From NCBI GenBank assembly GCA_973895155.1, contig OZ316891.1, forward strand, positions 14,849,037 through 14,913,036: a stretch of 64,000 nucleotides of DNA, written 5' to 3'. The notes beneath the pieces are model-generated. The model was not told the origin of the DNA. It worked only from the letters and a program-made list of their open reading frames with translations, and searched no databases. Below, one piece after another: positions 59,761 to 64,000 of the stretch. This DNA is from Marsupella aquatica (lineage: Eukaryota; Plantae; Marchantiophyta). Every line of letters starts with the position of its first letter. Positions within the stretch are counted from its first letter, which is position 1. The translations under genes and the position numbers were made by a program.

Positions 59761-61897
59761 TCAATTTTCATATTCGCTCGTTTCCACCAGAAATTCTCGC
59801 ATCAATCGCGTGTTTGCATCGTCCACATTCTGCACAACAGGATACAGCATGACGATGTCGATATCAGTGGAGAAGATTAAAGGCTTTTATAGGGCCATCT
59901 CTTAACCGTGGTCGCTTAATATCCTTCCAGTTGCAACTTAATGGTCGCAAACACCATAGAGTATTTACTGCGAAGAACTCATTTGAATCGATTTAAATTA
60001 AAGCAATCATAACTTGGAGAGAAATAGCGAAAGGACCTTGTTGCAGAGCTTTTGAAGATTATCCCACTCAAAGTCCTGCTGAGCGTACGCTGACCGCACC
60101 TAAAAGAATCACGACGGTTATGTCACTTCCTTTCTCACTCATGAATCTGAAGAAAAGTCCGTTTTCCATCATACATTTCAACCCAAATGGACTTAGACGA
60201 ATAAATTTAGGGGAAGTGGCCTAGGAGACGAATCACTTATGTAACTTGCCAGATAAAATTAGCAAATCACAATTGACCACAAGAATCAAAATATGGACGA
60301 ACACTCTTCACGACGAATAATGGAAGACAGAACTGAAACAAACCTCCATGATTCGCATAGCTGAAGGTGGGAAAGGGTACATGCAAGACAAAACCTAGTT
60401 AGATACATACAAACTCCAGAGTGCACACAAAACATTGGACCAAGCAGGAAATTCGGAATTAGGTTATCCATGCAGAATTAAAAGGTGGATGACTCAACAG
60501 AGAACCTGTTTTGGACGTAATTCACCACATTCACAAAACCAGAGTCACAAAAGGCCCTTGGCTAATTCGCGTCAATGACTACCACGTCAGGACAGCGTAA
60601 GGATGGCATGATAGTGGTGGTGGAGATGGCTGCTTCTAAACTGGGACAGTGAGCGCAAGACATAAATTCACCAGTTCAAGAACTGCTGAGAGTATTTGAT
60701 CATGCACTGTTATAGCGGAGCACTCATGTAACCAGACGTGTTCCTTGAGAGAAGATGGCCAAATATGCAGTGGGTCTCATATGTACAGCATTAGCAGATT
60801 GCAAGGTATCGTTGAAGCTTCATAGCATCCAAACTTCTGTACAGTCAGAGGTCAGACCCTGCTGCTTGAAACATTTCCAAGGGAACAGTGAGACAAGGAG
60901 CCAAAGTCTGACCAAGGCCTTTGTGACGAAATGATTCCCGCATCAGAGTCGCACAGAATTTGTCCCCGTCCTTCAAGGAAACCCGGTCCACGAAGTCCCT
61001 CAGATCTTCGTATCCCTCTCTATTATAATCCTACAAACGCCGACTGTGTTAGCATTCACACCCATTTCTAACCGAGAAAACAATGATCAAACGTAACTAA
61101 CGATGAACTTCTGTGCAATCCTCACAGCTGAGTCAAGCTGTTCTGAAACAAACTACTACTTTGAGACAAGCAACAATAATTAGGTTAATTAAAAATGTAT
61201 AGTTTTCGGCACTGTCAAGCTAATGCAGCTCTCATTGGTTGGAGTACCTAGATCTTGGCATTTACAACCTCCCAAATTAAAGCTGTGCATCGGCCCAAAA
61301 GCCAAGAATGATCATGGATGGATGATAAGAAACTTGACACACCTGTAATTGAGAGAGAACAATCTTTACGGCAACGAAAGTGAAGAAATTATGCAGCGAG
61401 TCTGCGGCTTTTGCCTCCGGTGACTTCTCTCCAAAGCCTGCACTGACGCATACATTCGCATTCATACCATGCGAGCAGGAGGTGGAAAGGAGCAAACAAG
61501 GACGGCAGCTAAGAGATCACGAGTGCAATTCATCGATTCCCATTAAAGCAACATTTGAAACTTGCAGTTCTGTTGCCTGGAGACGACGAGACGATGCAAG
61601 CAAGGGAAAAACTCTACCTGGAACAAACATCTTATGGCATCGAACAGGTTGTAAGATACCCTTGTGAAAGCTGTAATTGCCGCCTGCGCTACTCACTCTC
61701 GCGTTCTGGCGTTCCAAGCGTCTACTTCTTTTCTCCCAGCTGCTAGAATTCAGTCTCGTCTCTGCTGCTCTTGTCCAATTGCTGCCGCTGCAAAGCTCTA
61801 GCCCACAAATGCCTGGAGCAGGCCACGCAGCGCGAGCAGGCAATGCCGGGCACCCATAAAGAGAAGGAGATATGACAGATATGGAAGCCTGTGCCAT
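59761..61897 (-). CDS. RbcX: Rubisco assembly chaperone RbcX (Arabidopsis RbcX1-like), 6 exons: 61897-61618, 61437-61343, 61030-60913, 60360-60344, 60099-60037, 59829-59761 (~213 aa)
   Basis: The spliced product is a transit-peptide-like N-terminus followed by KMFVPG|FGEKSPEAKAADSLHNFFTFVAVKIVLSQLQ|DYNREGYEDLRDFVDRVSLKDGDKFCATLMRESFRHKGL|AMRIME|VRSAYAQQDFEWDNLQKLCNK|NVDDANTRLMREFLVETSEYEN*. All introns are GT-AG and in phase. Confidence 0.95.
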
Positions 61898-64000
61898 GGA
61901 TTTCACAGCGTCGCTCCACCAAACTTCCAATTTCTGGCAGATTGCTTCAATATAATACTGTCTTGTGGGTTTTGTTGTCCGATCACAGAACTCACTCACA
62001 GATTGAACTGCTGTCGGAACGAGACAGAATCCAGCTCACCGAGCGAGTTCTATTTCGACGACATGGCCGCTCTGTGCAAAGAATGTGGCTGCATTCCTTA
62101 GCGCCAGCGCCAACGGACTTCCTTCTCTGGGGCTTGACCCCAACAGTTCGCCTCCCAGCACTGCCTGGAGGCCAATCCAAAGTTTTTTTTTTTTGTATGG
62201 AGGCTAATAAGGGTCTCACAGCCTGTTCATTAGTGAAAGTTAGTGATTTGTGCTATATATCATAACCCATTTATGGAATTTTTAAAATTGAGGGGAGGTA
62301 GCGGGAGTTAGTGTATCACATGTCTCATAGTCTATATTCTTTTTTCCTGCCATCGCAAATGTAGTAGCCAACAGCACTTCAGGCACAAAGTCCACATGCC
62401 TTCAGTTGTAGTTTTCCGGAGTCCTTGATTTTCGTATTTCCACCTAAAGTTGCAAGAAAGTTACGGTTAAATGTTGAGCCCGCAGGCTTTCCTTATGGTA
62501 GCTGAATATCGGCTCCCATAATTTTTAGGAGTTCCCGTAATACTAGAGTTATAGGAGTGCCTTATCTTTTTAACATCAGACTTTGAGACGCCCTAATACA
62601 GCCTTTTTGGGGGGACTCAGGTATGTACTATCATTTATGTTTTAGATGGAGGCCAATCCTGTCTCTTTTCTTTTACTTTTTTTCCGCTTGAACCCCACGG
62701 AGGGGAAGACCCAAAGAAGGCCATCGATAATCAAAAAAGGCCAAAGATACAACAGAAATAAAGCCCAAAAGCCCACCGCCGAGAGACAGGATTTTTTGGG
62801 GGGCTCAGGTATTCACTATCATTTAACTTTTAGTGGAGGCCAATCCAGCCTGTTTTAAGGGTGCTCTACACTAGTGCCATTCAGGTTTGTGCAAAAATAA
62901 ACCAGGTACTGTAGCTGAACAATACAGTTTTGATAATTAATTATATGGTGCACAATACTATTCACAAAATGTTTGGGCCATTTTCTGGCCCCATCACAAT
63001 ACCAAACTAAAGTTCAGCCAATAATTTGTCTAGCAAAAGTCTAGGTGAGTGGTGGACCCTACCACCCAGCGCCCTCACCAATCCCACCACCTGCGTTGGG
63101 TGCCCAAATGCCTCCACGGAATACCCTGGGCAAGCAACCTGGTGTCCCTTGCACTGCCTGCGGCCCCTCCCATACGAAGCCGCACTTGCCCCTAAACTTG
63201 ACCGCTACTCAATGGTCCTCACAGTCTGCACAAGCAACCAAGCGTCTCAGTAAGTAACCCTTTAGGATCTAGATCTTCTAAGTCTAGCATCCTAACTCAA
63301 GCTCAACAGACTTTGGTAAGTAGGACAGCGATAGGTCTCCCAATGCCATAAGTCGGAATCAAAACCGACAACAACTATTCGTCCAAAACAACTCCTTCCT
63401 TGGGCGCAGCCCGGGTTCCCCCTCGTACCTATCCATCACCAACTGATTGCCCTGCCCCCAGGACATGCTCATGGCCCAAATAGCCTAGCTTGTCCTAAAG
63501 CTTGTCCCAACACATCGGGACCAAAATGGCCCCGACTCTAGCAACCAACTCCCGATTCTTGCCCAACTGATGGTCTAGGGGGCAAGTGCCCTTGGAAATC
63601 AACCTCCACACCTACTTGGCCTTGCCTCCCCAATGTGAGCTCCCAATTGAGAGACTGAACGCAGCTTGGCTGTTGTTTCGACAGGATTTGACAAGCGGGC
63701 AAGATAGCCCCCGCAAACCACAAGAACCTATAGCACCCCTAGATCCACTTGAGCTCAACAGGATGTAGCCCTCCTCAAGAGCTTTCCAACACACCCAAGA
63801 AGTCCTCCAACGAACTCTCCGTTGGGAAATTATCATCGTTTCCGTTTGGCGTTTAATTTCCCTTAGTGTCGCGACTGCTATAGCTCATGACTTCGGTTCG
63901 CCCTTAGCCCCCAGGGAGACACCACTCCCCTCATATATGCTTCTGGAGACCTTCACCCCTGGACCAACTTTGGTCCCCAAATTTTGGCCCCCCACCTGGA

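Noticed and set aside
4006-61897. Apparent clustering of plastid-related genes (NdhU, RbcX, PPRs) as a functional cluster
   Set aside because: The genes are separated by tens of kb of TEs and organelle-targeted genes are common. There is no evidence of co-regulation from sequence alone.
63020-64000. GC-rich minus-strand stretch possibly from a LINE ORF1
   Set aside because: Frames are broken, no diagnostic motif is recognisable, and the window ends before any boundary.

Overview
Land-plant nuclear DNA. The PLS-DYW PPR style and gene set suggest a bryophyte-like genome, which is inference only. Host genes: a 5-exon NdhU/CRRL-like J-domain gene (4006-6262, only visible after splicing), an intronless CYP77-like P450 (19207-20748), three tandem two-exon PLS-E-DYW PPR genes (43031-58716) and a 6-exon RbcX gene on the minus strand (59761-61897). 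Much of the rest is nested transposable elements with resolvable ends. A degenerate Ty1/copia element (TSD TCTTG) sits inside a solo LTR of a related family (TSD CGGCC). A 12.3 kb CACTA element (TSD CTT) sits inside the transposase intron of a MULE (10-bp TSD TTACCCTTTA). There is also a 5'-truncated LINE, a TA-flanked TIR element, a MITE-like element and a SINE-like element. The most unusual observation is in the middle PPR-DYW gene, which carries an in-frame ~71-codon piece of plastid rps4 (S4 RNA-binding region) in its N-terminal linker. The third paralog has a different foreign linker, and the three paralogs differ by shuffled or amplified 303-bp PLS modules. The cluster looks like a locus generating new organellar RNA-editing or RNA-binding factors. 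All identifications come from reading the sequence and recalled family motifs; no database search was run.
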